Below, piece after piece: positions 12,257 through 22,535 of a DNA stretch of 53,989 nucleotides (position 1 is its first letter; each line of letters begins with the position of its first letter). Source of the DNA: Halocafeteria seosinensis. Its lineage: Eukaryota. A model generated the notes under the pieces. The model had not been told where the DNA came from, made no database searches, and saw nothing but the letters and a program-made list of their open reading frames with translations. The DNA lies in the NCBI GenBank assembly GCA_001687465.1, contig LVLI01000363.1:1-53989 (forward strand), read 5' to 3'. The position numbers and the translations under genes are program-made.

Positions 12257-13543
12257 ATGGGTGCTCATAGAGTAAAGCTTTCTGTTGTGGGATGTACCGG
12301 AGTCGTCATTTTACTGAGCGCACTAATCCAAGTCTTCCAAGCTTGGCAGCAAATTGCGCTGGAATTCCTTGATCTTACAACAACGGGACAGACTCCGGCG
12401 GAACGACTGCACGTGCGATGTATGTGGAATGATTGGAACCTGGTATCCAATACGACTCGAGTTCGTCAGACAGAACTGCAGGCAGGGAAGTGGGAGACGA
12501 AAAGCAGAATTCTTCGTCAGCGATTCGGCGTTACATCTCCTATTTGGATCAAAACGTTGAAAAAGAGGCGAGTTCTAGCTTACAAGGAGCAGGATTCTTC
12601 CTACCCTTTTGCACTGATAAAATTAGCATGCCGACCATTTGTTCGAAATCAAGCGGAATACGCCGAAATTCTCGCTTCCGCAATAAGCTCTCAACTTTTC
12701 AACTATAGTGAGCCGGAAGGTCGGGGAATTCTCATAAGGGATATTGATCATGAGTTTGCTAATCCGGGGTTTTTCCGAACCTGCTTCCCAGCTTGCTTAT
12801 GGAATCTCCTAGATGGAACACAGGATGCTGTTACGGGAGTAATTGTCCCGTTTCATCGAGGTACCAAAATGCTCCAGAGTAAGCTAAACTTTCACCCATG
12901 TCAGGTCCAACAACAGTTCCCGACACCAACGAGGGTCCAGTGGATACTGGACAACGTTTTGTCCAATAATGACCGAACATGTCAATTAAATGCCTTCTAT
13001 GACGGCACAAAAAATCGCCAAGTTCTTTTGGACTTTGACTCTATGCACACAAAACAATGGTTTTGCAGGGCTGACGACTTTCCACAAGTGGCACGTCCCG
13101 CATTTCTAAACCCTGCACCCTACCTCCGACCATATACCGACCGCCCATTTGTTACTAAGGCAAATGCTACCAAGTTTTATTGCGATATTTTGGCGCAAGC
13201 CCGCCAAACACTGCATGTTGTTCGCGAGGACACACCTGCTAGGAAGCTAAACCAGTATCTACAGCATGATGAACGGTTAGGAGACTTTTTGTCCGCATAT
13301 TCTCATCACGAGAAATGCATTGCACAGAAGGGTTGGAGCATGCAGCATTCTTGCATCGTTGAGGAGGATTTGTACGTGGGAATGGTTGCAACCGCCTGTT
13401 TAGAAACGAAGTGCAAAGACCTGCCCTTTGATCAGCCACACTTGCTCACGGTCTGCCACGTCGCGCACATGCTGGAAAAAAGACTCTTTGGCCTACATCG
13501 AGAGATGGAAGCTGCCTATACAGAGCTATGTTCTCCCGCTTGA
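12257..13543 (+). CDS. Intronless type II membrane/secreted protein with a kinase-like fold (Fam20/four-jointed/PI3-4K-like)
   Basis: 428 aa ORF. N-terminal hydrophobic anchor (VVGCTGVVILLSALIQVF), ALIKL (beta3 Lys-like), AEYAEILASAIS (alphaC Glu-like), WILDNVLSNNDRT..NAF..VLLDFD (catalytic-loop and metal-binding-like) and several Cys. Confidence 0.65.
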   Translation: MGAHRVKLSVVGCTGVVILLSALIQVFQAWQQIALEFLDLTTTGQTPAERLHVRCMWNDWNLVSNTTRVRQTELQAGKWETKSRILRQRFGVTSPIWIKTLKKRRVLAYKEQDSSYPFALIKLACRPFVRNQAEYAEILASAISSQLFNYSEPEGRGILIRDIDHEFANPGFFRTCFPACLWNLLDGTQDAVTGVIVPFHRGTKMLQSKLNFHPCQVQQQFPTPTRVQWILDNVLSNNDRTCQLNAFYDGTKNRQVLLDFDSMHTKQWFCRADDFPQVARPAFLNPAPYLRPYTDRPFVTKANATKFYCDILAQARQTLHVVREDTPARKLNQYLQHDERLGDFLSAYSHHEKCIAQKGWSMQHSCIVEEDLYVGMVATACLETKCKDLPFDQPHLLTVCHVAHMLEKRLFGLHREMEAAYTELCSPA

Positions 13544-13563
13544 GAGGGTTGGAGTTTTAGTTC

Positions 13564-15649
13564 CTACGCACATTGTTCCGAATATCGGATGCAATATTCT
13601 CGCGAATACAGCAACGTAACCAACGGGATTCCCATAATTAGCCCACTCCAAAACACAAGATTTCCCAGTGCTTTGCCTTTGAATATACTTATTCGCATTA
13701 GGAGCATCAATGGAAACTGGAAAAGGGAGAAGATCAGGAGCCATGGAGAGATAAAGTAGAACAGTCCTGCACACTTCAATATCAACAACTGTTGAGTGGG
13801 CGGATAAAAGACTTTGAAAGACATAGAACGATCGACATACCGAACAACAAGACCTCATGTGCGACTATAGAAATGCCAAACGTAATGAGTAGCGAAGCAC
13901 CAGTAGATCGACCGGCCTCCTGAGATCTTAGATAGACATGTCGAAACAACCACTCATGGACCGGTAAGTTCCACTGCAGGAGTTCGGAGAAATAAACCAC
14001 AATGAAACGCTTCATCCTCTTGTCGAGCACAACAAACCTTTCTGGAAAATTCAGTGAAGGTCGTACAGTTCCACCAGTCGTCGTAGAAGCGTCTGTCTCC
14101 CAGCCTAGTTAATTCTGTGATAGACGAATCAATGATTCGCTCCACTCATTCATTCGGGAAAGAGATGAGTGCTTACCTGCGAAGAAGTTGGAGATACACT
14201 CAAAGATGAGTACAAATACCAGGATCCAGAACGCCGTAAAGGGAAGCATCAATCTCGCTATCGCTGTGTATGGATCCATTCGATGGACGGTAGCAAGCAC
14301 TGGAGCTACATGATTCGACACTATTATTATCTGCAAAGCAAACTTTTGTAACTACAAGGCAACGACTTCAACAGGTAACATAGAAATATTAACGCACAGC
14401 AAGGGCTAAAGTAAACGCCCCCAAGACAGCTTTTTCGAGCAAATACAGGAACCGGACCCGACTGGTTCTTGGATAGGCAGGCTCGTAAACCAATACAGGC
14501 ATAAACGAGAAAATCACATAATCGTACAAAGTACAGTTATTCGGATATACATCAACAGGGTCGTCCTCTTCATCTTTTGTCTTTGTATCGGCCACGACCG
14601 ATTGGTCACGGAAAGTGTAGGCTGTGCGAACGCACACCGTTCCATGAGCCGTTGTTCCAATAGTCGTTGAGCAATTGCCGTCGTCAACGTACTCCCGGTC
14701 GGAGCTCGTTTTGAAATTTGTTTCATCCCCATTTGTCGTTCGTTTGTTGGGCGTCCGCGAGATTCGTCTTCTCCGAAGCCTGGGGCTGGCTCTCGTTTCA
14801 TCACCGTCCGTTGCAGGAGTATCTGAGCTCGTTGATTCACTTCGCTTGGGAACGCTTTTAGGCCTTTCTTTATGCTGTTTTAGCAGGCGAAGCCTTCGAT
14901 TAGAGCTCACATAGCTATGCATTTTCATCACTAGTACTGCGCACTCCATTACCACCCCAGCCTTATGGCTGAAAGGCCAGCTAGCAACAGCGGTGTAAGC
15001 CTGCGTGTAGACAACGGTTCCAACAAAGATGGCCACTTCGAGCACGTGCTGAATCACCTTTTCTGAAGTATTTGAAATCCACCCACGGTTCGCAATCTGA
15101 ACCAGTAAGAATCCCGACAGGAAGAGTATATACAGCAAGGTTATTGGCAGGGCCAAATCCAGCAGTCCAGTTCCCACGTAAGAGAAAAACTGGTCCTGAG
15201 TTTCCGAGGTGATTCTTCCGAACTGTTGATAATTGACGACAAATTCCATGACTGCACAAAAAATAGCCCAAAATGAGGAATGAACAGCATCGCTCTTGGT
15301 GTACATTTTACTTACCGATTTGGAACATCCCCATGAGCACCAGTAAATTAACCCATCCCCGTAGGGAAGCTCCTCCGCGCGATTCAGTTCCCAGTTCAGT
15401 GGATGTGCTCGAGATGCTTTCGACGCTCCAAGGCTTGAAAACGCTCCCATCGCTTTCCAATAACGTCGTCCTCCCCGCTACGAAGGGGTTCTTGGAAGTC
15501 CTTCGTCGAGGCGGTTGGGATGTTTTCTTCCCTCCCATGATCCAGTTGTAAATTCCATAGATCAATGTCAGCACGACCAGCGCGCCGAATGCCGGCGCAA
15601 GGAGCACTGCAAAGTCTTTCATGGTTGTCGTTTCGGTGGAAGTGGACAT
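13564..15649 (-). CDS. MBOAT acyl-CoA O-acyltransferase, DGAT1/sterol acyltransferase (SOAT/ARE) type (multi-exon)
   Basis: Motifs LVMKMHSY, YPNNCT, PVLVYEPAYPRT, RLGDRRFYDDWWN, WNLPVHEWLFRHVY, SIVAHE (catalytic His) and GNLVFW across intron-separated ORFs. DGAT1 versus SOAT cannot be resolved by eye. Confidence 0.9.
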
Positions 15650-16802
15650 CTTGGTAGTGTATAATGTGTGGAGGAATAGTCAGGGAACGTTGTACTTCCA
15701 CCTCTTTTTTTTTCCCTGTTTTGGCCAGACAAACACAGTGAAAATCCAATATGAACGAAGTTATTATCAATAGACCATCTCCATGCACTACTAGACTAGT
15801 GGTATCGAACCCAACTTGATTCACCTCGGCGCTGTATAGAGCACGAAGTTGAAGTTGGGCGCCCAACACGTCATCCCCGACTCGGCTCGAGTCATGATGC
15901 TTTCATCACTTCGCTACACATCTTAAGTGACTATTCATTTCGCGTAGTACATCCTCAAATTACTGGGGAAATGATCCCATGGGGACCGTAGGAACACTTT
16001 GGCAGCGGATTAGCCCGGCTGGTACCCAACGCGAAGAGGAGTCGCCAAGTTCTGAATCGAATTCCTCAAGGAAAGAACAACACTAGCTTCTTCATGTACC
16101 AGATAGGTCGACTACGAAATTATGGTCGTTTCATTGTGCTGTCTCTATGTATCTGAAGCACTACTGCTGGATAAGATGAATCTCGGTTCCAACGGACCGT
16201 GGACCCTGGCGCCAGATACCATGGTACCACTGCAGAGAAGTTAGCAGTTGGCCGTATAACGGAAATTATTCAAAGAAACAAAAGACCATGAAAGGACAGT
16301 ACGCCTTGGTTCAGGGCAAAGTCAGCAGGGAGGTTCTTAGTGTACAATCCTTCTATATAGGCGCTGTGACTTCGGCCAAGTTCGCACGCAGTCGGATACG
16401 GTAGATAGTCGTTGTTCGAGTGTATTGTAACCTCTAACTTTTGAGATTAAGCGTGTCCATAATGAAACAGGGTAGCACCCTCTCTCTTTTTTGGCTTAAG
16501 CCGTCCTATGAACGAGGGAGAGGGTAGCTACAGCACTAGCCACTCAATGGACAACGCGGGCAGTGGTTTGGCGGCGTCACGTTGTTTTGTCTTAAACCTA
16601 TTTAGCCTATCAGCAGCATTGAGTATACATCTCCCCATTATCATACGTAGTGAAACGGAAATCAGGAAAGGATTCAAGCAGTGATCATAATCATGCCGGA
16701 ACCTGGTGACGAAGAGCATCCGAGACAAGCTCTGTGCGCAGGAAAGCAATAAATTCATGGTGAGCGTGCGCCTGTTGAGACTGCTTGCCCGCTGCACCAT
16801 AC

Positions 16803-18554
16803 CTAATCCGTTCTTTGGCATCGGGCTTTCGTAACAGGAACGTTGATACTTCGGCCGCCGTGTCGAAGTCGCCGTATTGACGGCAATTGTAACAGCGATT
16901 CATCTGAGAGTGATGAATTCTTCGAGCTAACCGGGACCTGTGATATTCGCGAGGCTGCACCCGTTGGGGAAGAGGAAGAAACTCCGTTCGGGTTAGAAGT
17001 AGAGCCTGTACTTGGTGATGTTGGTAGCAAGGGTGTAAGTGAGAAAACAGCGCCCGTAGTCGAAGGCGAAGTGGTTACTGATTCTGTTGGTGTAGGTGTC
17101 CGTGAGTTAGTGGCAGTTCTCGGGGGTGTGAACGAGGGACTGGCAGTTGGACTTGGTGTTGGACATGGTAGCTGAAATCGTAAAATTGGCAAATGGTCGC
17201 TTCCGCATAGAGCCCATGTTGCACTATCCCATTGTTGAATCCCATCGTGACGATACGGCTGACCTCGTATATCATCGATATTGTCTGAAGAGCCATTCGT
17301 TTGCAAAACGCTCTTCCCAGAGTCAACAGACTCGTCAACTCCTACGATATTGGCATCACTCTTGCCATTGTACACCGAATGGTGAACACCAATAACTGCA
17401 CTTGCTTGACCGGCTATATGTCCAATTATCCCGCCCGCATCTTGATGAAGGACAATACCGGATGCATATGTGTTAGTAATATGTAGAGCGCCACGTCCTG
17501 TATTAGCCCCTGTAATTCCTCCTGAACGCTCGCCATCAATATCTCCCCGAGTGTAGCAATCTGTGATATGTACTTCACCTTCATCAAACGCTGCATGATC
17601 TCCAGTGATACCACCACTGGTGGCACTTATAATATTGCCTGTGGAATATGATTGCGTGATATACACATGACCTCCAGAAGCACCAGCGCTCCACCCACAG
17701 ATACCACCTTCCTGTCCCTCCACCAAGCCTCCTCCAATACTCCCACTGGAATAGCATTGAGTGATATTAACAGTGCCACCATTGTCGCCGACCAGAGCTC
17801 CCGTGATACCACCTGCACCGCTTGCCTCTATTTTCCCTGTTGAATAGGAATTCGATATTTTAATATGGCCCTCGTTTCGGCCACAAGAGGGCCCACATAT
17901 ACCACCACTACGAAAGCTTCCACTGATATCTCCTGTTGAGCTACACGATTCCACGGTAAAAAATCTCTGGCTTTCTCGAACAACATATCCACCAAAATCG
18001 GCAGTTTTCCCATTCTTGAGATGGACGTTCCGAATCAATGGAGCTTCACCCAAGGATTCAATGTCATTTCCATCTTCCCTAATGGTGAGCAATCCATGGA
18101 AGTCCCAGATATTCTGCAAGTCAATGATATTCCCTTCAAGGCCACCACCATCGAAGAGTTCCCAAGAATCAAGGGAAATATGAGTATCTCCATCGTACCC
18201 ATGATCTTCCCAACCGAGCACCGTACAGTTCATTCGAAATATGTTCTGGTCGGGAAAATACTGAAAACAAGACTCGTTGCCAGCCTGAATACTCTCTCGT
18301 AAATCGGGATTCGCTGGCCCAGCTTCACTGGGGACCACCATAAGAGTGAATACACTGAGATATAGCAAGAGTAGTACTATACGAGGGCGGATTACAGGTG
18401 ACAATTTGCTCTCCCATAACCACAAGACTCGATGAAGTTCCCCATTTCCCCTGTTCGAGGAGTAAAGCGCCATTGAGCCTACGCTCAGGACCAGGAAACC
18501 CTCGAGATCCCTTCCCTCCATCCATTTGCTGGCCTCTATCGTAGGCATATCCAC
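16803..18554 (-). CDS. Secreted GLUG-motif-like Gly-rich repeat protein with Ser/Thr/Pro stalk
   Basis: Intronless 583 aa ORF. Signal-like stretch (IVLLLLYLSVFTLMVVPSEAG), about 6 repeats of I.xSYSTGxI...GGIxG, then an S/T/P-rich stalk. The true start may be downstream of 18554. Confidence 0.8.
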   Translation of the reverse strand: MDMPTIEASKWMEGRDLEGFLVLSVGSMALYSSNRGNGELHRVLWLWESKLSPVIRPRIVLLLLYLSVFTLMVVPSEAGPANPDLRESIQAGNESCFQYFPDQNIFRMNCTVLGWEDHGYDGDTHISLDSWELFDGGGLEGNIIDLQNIWDFHGLLTIREDGNDIESLGEAPLIRNVHLKNGKTADFGGYVVRESQRFFTVESCSSTGDISGSFRSGGICGPSCGRNEGHIKISNSYSTGKIEASGAGGITGALVGDNGGTVNITQCYSSGSIGGGLVEGQEGGICGWSAGASGGHVYITQSYSTGNIISATSGGITGDHAAFDEGEVHITDCYTRGDIDGERSGGITGANTGRGALHITNTYASGIVLHQDAGGIIGHIAGQASAVIGVHHSVYNGKSDANIVGVDESVDSGKSVLQTNGSSDNIDDIRGQPYRHDGIQQWDSATWALCGSDHLPILRFQLPCPTPSPTASPSFTPPRTATNSRTPTPTESVTTSPSTTGAVFSLTPLLPTSPSTGSTSNPNGVSSSSPTGAASRISQVPVSSKNSSLSDESLLQLPSIRRLRHGGRSINVPVTKARCQRTD

Positions 18555-18689
18555 CGTTTTGTTTCCTCTCCCGGTACTCTCGTTTCTGCTCTCTGTGAGC
18601 GAGCGGCTCCCTCCCTCCCATGTACCTACGGTACTTGTCCAATTATTGTGTGCTTTTCCGCTGTAGTCGGAAGTTCCAAGCTACCAGTG

Positions 18690-18761
18690 AGGCCGATGCT
18701 TACGGTTCAACAAAAACGAAAACGAAACTGGATTTTTTTTTTGTTTTTTGTTGAAACAGGC
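18690..18761 (+). repeat. Left TIR
   Basis: AGGCCGATGCTTACGGTTCAACAAAAACGAAAACGAAACTGGA(T10)GTTTTTTGTTGAAACAGGC. Confidence 0.9.
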
Positions 18762-20969
18762 GTCTTACGGCGCACTTTTTTGTTACAAAACATTTATATT
18801 TTTCGTTTTTTTTGCGAAAATCGGCATTTTCCACAAAACAGATTTGAATTTTGTTGAAATCAGGAAAAAAACGAAAATGGTTAGTACGCCATCAATACAT
18901 CATACCAAGAGCTATTTTGGTGTCTATGCATACATAAGAGATGTTTCTATCCATACATGTATATGTTCCCGTACAATTTCGATTTGAAGTCAATGAACCA
19001 GGTGCCTACAGACGGGTGACTCGAAAGGCGGTGTGAAGGTGTACAGTAGTGAGTCTCGCTCTTGCTATATTAAGAGGTGTATACGCATGTATAGTTGCAT
19101 AGTTGGTAGGACCGACCTGATGGTAGGGGTCTACACACCAATAAAGTGCAACTATACAAAGAGTACATTAACGCCTTGCTCCACAAAGAGCTGCAGCGAA
19201 CAGCCTTCCTACGATGACCAGAACGTGGGCGTGTTAGGCTTGTCTTTTAGGACGGCAGTTCGTCCCTTGTTACCACCTTCGTTCCCAGATTGGTTGTTAG
19301 TGATGCTCTCAAAATCGCAGAATCCTTTCGATACACATGCACGGACACAGATGTGACGGATATGTCCCAACAGACAAAGTGCTAAGAGCCAAGAGCCAAG
19401 AGCCAGCCGAAGAGTGCTCTCACCAGACTTGTACTTTGCTCCGATCTACTGTCAATGGTACAGCGAGAATTGATGGACGAAATCTACATACAAAGGCAAC
19501 GGATGCCCTCGGTTGCAAGAAAGCACTTGCGCATGCATCAGCTTTCTTAAACGCGAATAGGACCTTGCCCAATAGAGGACTTCGATGACTACATTTTGAA
19601 GAAAATGCGTGCTGATGTGGGCAATACTAGTACTCAGGAAGCATGTCCAGGCAATTGGAGTTTCAATGGTTGCTTATCGTTTAAATTGTGGGGTCCAGTG
19701 TCCAGGAATCCACTGTGTCCTGCCGATTATTCTCGCTCGGTCGCTACAGTCCTCACAGCACAGGGAGTGGGTATTAGTGTTGCTCCTACCGGAAGACGCA
19801 ATCCCGAACAAGCGACGCAGCTTTGCGTAAAAAGGTAAACCATGGGCACGAAGCACCAGAGTTCCAACTTGGAGGCTCCGTTCAGGCTCGCTTTTGCGCA
19901 GCCGACCTGGCACAGCGAAGAGCCGAAGTTGAGCCCGTCAGGAACAGCAAGATATGCTCATTCTGCAAACTCAGATCGACGCGCAGCAGAGTCAAGTCGA
20001 CCATCTCTTCACGATGGCGGAGCAATTCGGTGCAAATGATGAAAATCATCGTACATGAAAGGCTGTTTCCGATGCTGAAGAAACGCTGGATCAGCTTCGT
20101 CAAACTCTGAACGCCAAAAGGAGGGTCAGGATACTACGACTGTTTCCCAGTTTCTTGGATCATCTCTCTCATTAGGCTATCCAGAGATTTCTGAATCGAA
20201 AGTTGCTGGCGATGAGTTTCGTGCAGGAGAGGATCTGGACCGTGAGAAGAAGTCTCCGTGCTCCACATCGTCGTCTCCAACAGCATCAGGTTGAAAGCCA
20301 AGTGTATTGAATTGCGTCAGTAAAGACTCAAGATAAGCTCTCAGATCTCGTGAATGTGTGCGTCGTGCTGCAGCTACCTTCAAAAATAGCGAAAGTCAGT
20401 GGGACACTATATATACGGTGCTACCCGACGGAGGACCTTGTGTCACACGCTGTTGAAAACAAGCAGGACACTGTCGGCTCTCACAATAAACGAGTGCAAT
20501 GTAGATAAATTGACGAATGGCCAAACAAAGTAGTATGGTTTGGTAACGAGTGAGGTGGTTTTGGCTGCCATTATTGTGAGGAATGTTAAGGGCAAAATTG
20601 ATGGCGCCGTCGTCGCAAATCAACTACTGCAATCTGCGGATAGTTATCGAGATGGCGACCTGTTTCTTTTGGAAACAAATATATCGAATGCTGAACAAGC
20701 TTTTTTCCCCATTTATACGTTTGTTGTCACACTGACAGATGGAAGTCGGCCTCTCGTCACTTCTGCTCGAAGGCAAACGGCTACTAGTGCTTCCCATAGT
20801 CTCTCAGTGCATTGTACCTTCGTGATATTATGTTGTTGAGCAGCGCTCCTTTGACTGTATGGTTGTGCAGCGCTCTATGTCGACAAAGATGCCGTATACT
20901 CCAATTGGAATTCCAAACGGAACTACTTCAACTAATTTGAAAAGTTGCCGAACCGTAAGACGTAGTGAA

Positions 20970-21043
20970 GCCTGTTTCAACAAAAAACAAAAAAAAAAAT
21001 CCAGTTTCGTTTTCGTTTTTGTTGAACCGTAAGCATCGGCCTG
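20970..21043 (-). repeat. Right TIR
   Basis: GCCTGTTTCAACAAAAAAC(A11)TCCAGTTTCGTTTTCGTTTTTGTTGAACCGTAAGCATCGGCCTG, the reverse complement of the left TIR. Confidence 0.9.
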
Positions 21044-21361
21044 ACTACAGTAACAGCTTCTCTATGCTCGTACCTGTACCTGGCGATATGTATCTATTGA
21101 TGTCCCTGTATTTATGTCGAGATGTGTTTGCTATTTCCCAAGAAGCAGGCACTCGGATAAGGATCAAGACTCGCACTACCGCAACCATAGCGAATCTCGT
21201 GGAATCATGTCCCGTTTTCCAGCGCTTCACAGTCACAAGACTCCATTCCACTGTGTCAGTAGAGCGCAGTGTTTTATATTTTACCCAATTCACGACCCTT
21301 TCTACAAAATTTGTGCAGACATATAATGCGACAAGACCCGTTTCGTAACAGAGTCTTCAAA

Positions 21362-21402
21362 CACACACACATACAGTATGTGACAGATAGCCCACCCGCC
21401 GG
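21362..21402 (-). mobile_element. Short (CA)n-TGTGACAGATAGCCC element, copy 2, with 9 bp TSD
   Basis: 41 bp insert flanked by the direct repeat GTCTTCAAA at 21353-21361 and 21403-21411. Confidence 0.75.
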
Positions 21403-22535
21403 GTCTTCAAAACGACAAGGGTTGTAGGTTTCACGGTCAACTTTTGTGTTTCGTCAAACTTAATAAGAATAAAACAATACAAATGTAGAAAACAGTAGAG
21501 CTAAACTCAGCCTATTTTTCGGACACCTTACAATAAATATGAAGGCACCGATTTCTCCCTAAAAATCTATCGACTACATTGTACAGTAGTTTCATTGTGT
21601 AATTTAGCGACGTGTTCTGCTGTTTCAGCTAGCACTTAGCAGTTGGAAATTCCTTACATATGCAGTGGCAAGCTATTTTGGTAACCATTACCATGAGCTA
21701 CATGCCGACACCCACAAGCCAATTATCGCTCTTTGCTGGAAATCGGACTGGGGCCATCCCGATGGATGATGAGTCATTAAGGACTCGTCAGCGCTTCTCC
21801 TGTAGCATCCTGGGTAACCGCATAGAGAGTTCGTTGGATCTACTTAATGACTCGATTACTGCAATGAGGAGTGCCAATCAGTTATAATAATATGTATGCA
21901 TTCTCTTACCGGCATCCCGGGATGAAAAGTTGACTCACGCACCTTGTCTTGAGAACAACTGCGTGTCGTACAACAGCATGAAACACATGAAGCTCATTTC
22001 ACGGCATTGAGATTGAAGACCACCATTCCACTTTACGCGCCAGTGAGCCAGCAGTGCTATCTGAAACAGCAGGTACCGTCACAGCCGCCAGTAAGTACTG
22101 CTTGTACCCCAGAAGTTTGAACGCGGGAACGTGTGGGGGAGGTTTTTTTTCTTGCATTGTCGCGCGCAGCTTGTATCACCCTATGCGTGGGCAGGAAAAG
22201 GGTGTACGCATGACGCAAGCACGCTTTTTCCGGGTAGGACGTCGGAGGAGTTAACTTGCATTGTACGCACCGATGGGCTAAAACTCGCCCTGGTACGGTA
22301 CGCCTAGTGTTCCGAGACAAAGATTCTGCTTTGCATGGAAAACTCATGGATGGCGCCTGTTCTCTTTATTACTCCGTTATAGCGAATGTATATGTAGTGA
22401 AATACGTGTCAGGGGCTCTACGTTATTTTTTGGTCTCCCAGGGGCTGTAGAACTCTTACAACGTGGAAGGGAACCGAATCTCCAAACGGTTCTATTCTAT
22501 AACAAACGAGTAATCTCAGTCTAACAGAAGATAAT

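Larger units (their letters stand above)
18689..21043 (-). mobile_element. Degenerate hAT-like DNA transposon (~2.35 kb) with ~72 bp terminal inverted repeats
   Basis: 18690-18761 is the reverse complement of 20970-21042 apart from one base in a T-run. The right end reads CAGG on the minus strand. A/T-rich subterminal repeats lie at 18775-18880. Flanks ctaccagt/actacagt resemble an imperfect 8 bp TSD. Broken minus-strand peptides (SLTKLIQRFFSIGNSLSC..FSSF; INFALNI..TRYQTILLCL) resemble hAT transposase C-terminal segments. Confidence 0.75.

Noticed and set aside
15790..15880. tRNA (possibly tRNA-Sec) suggested by minus-strand GGGTTCGATACC and CTTCAAC
   Set aside because: The T-stem, anticodon stem and acceptor stem do not pair into a cloverleaf. 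Kept only as a hairpin cluster.
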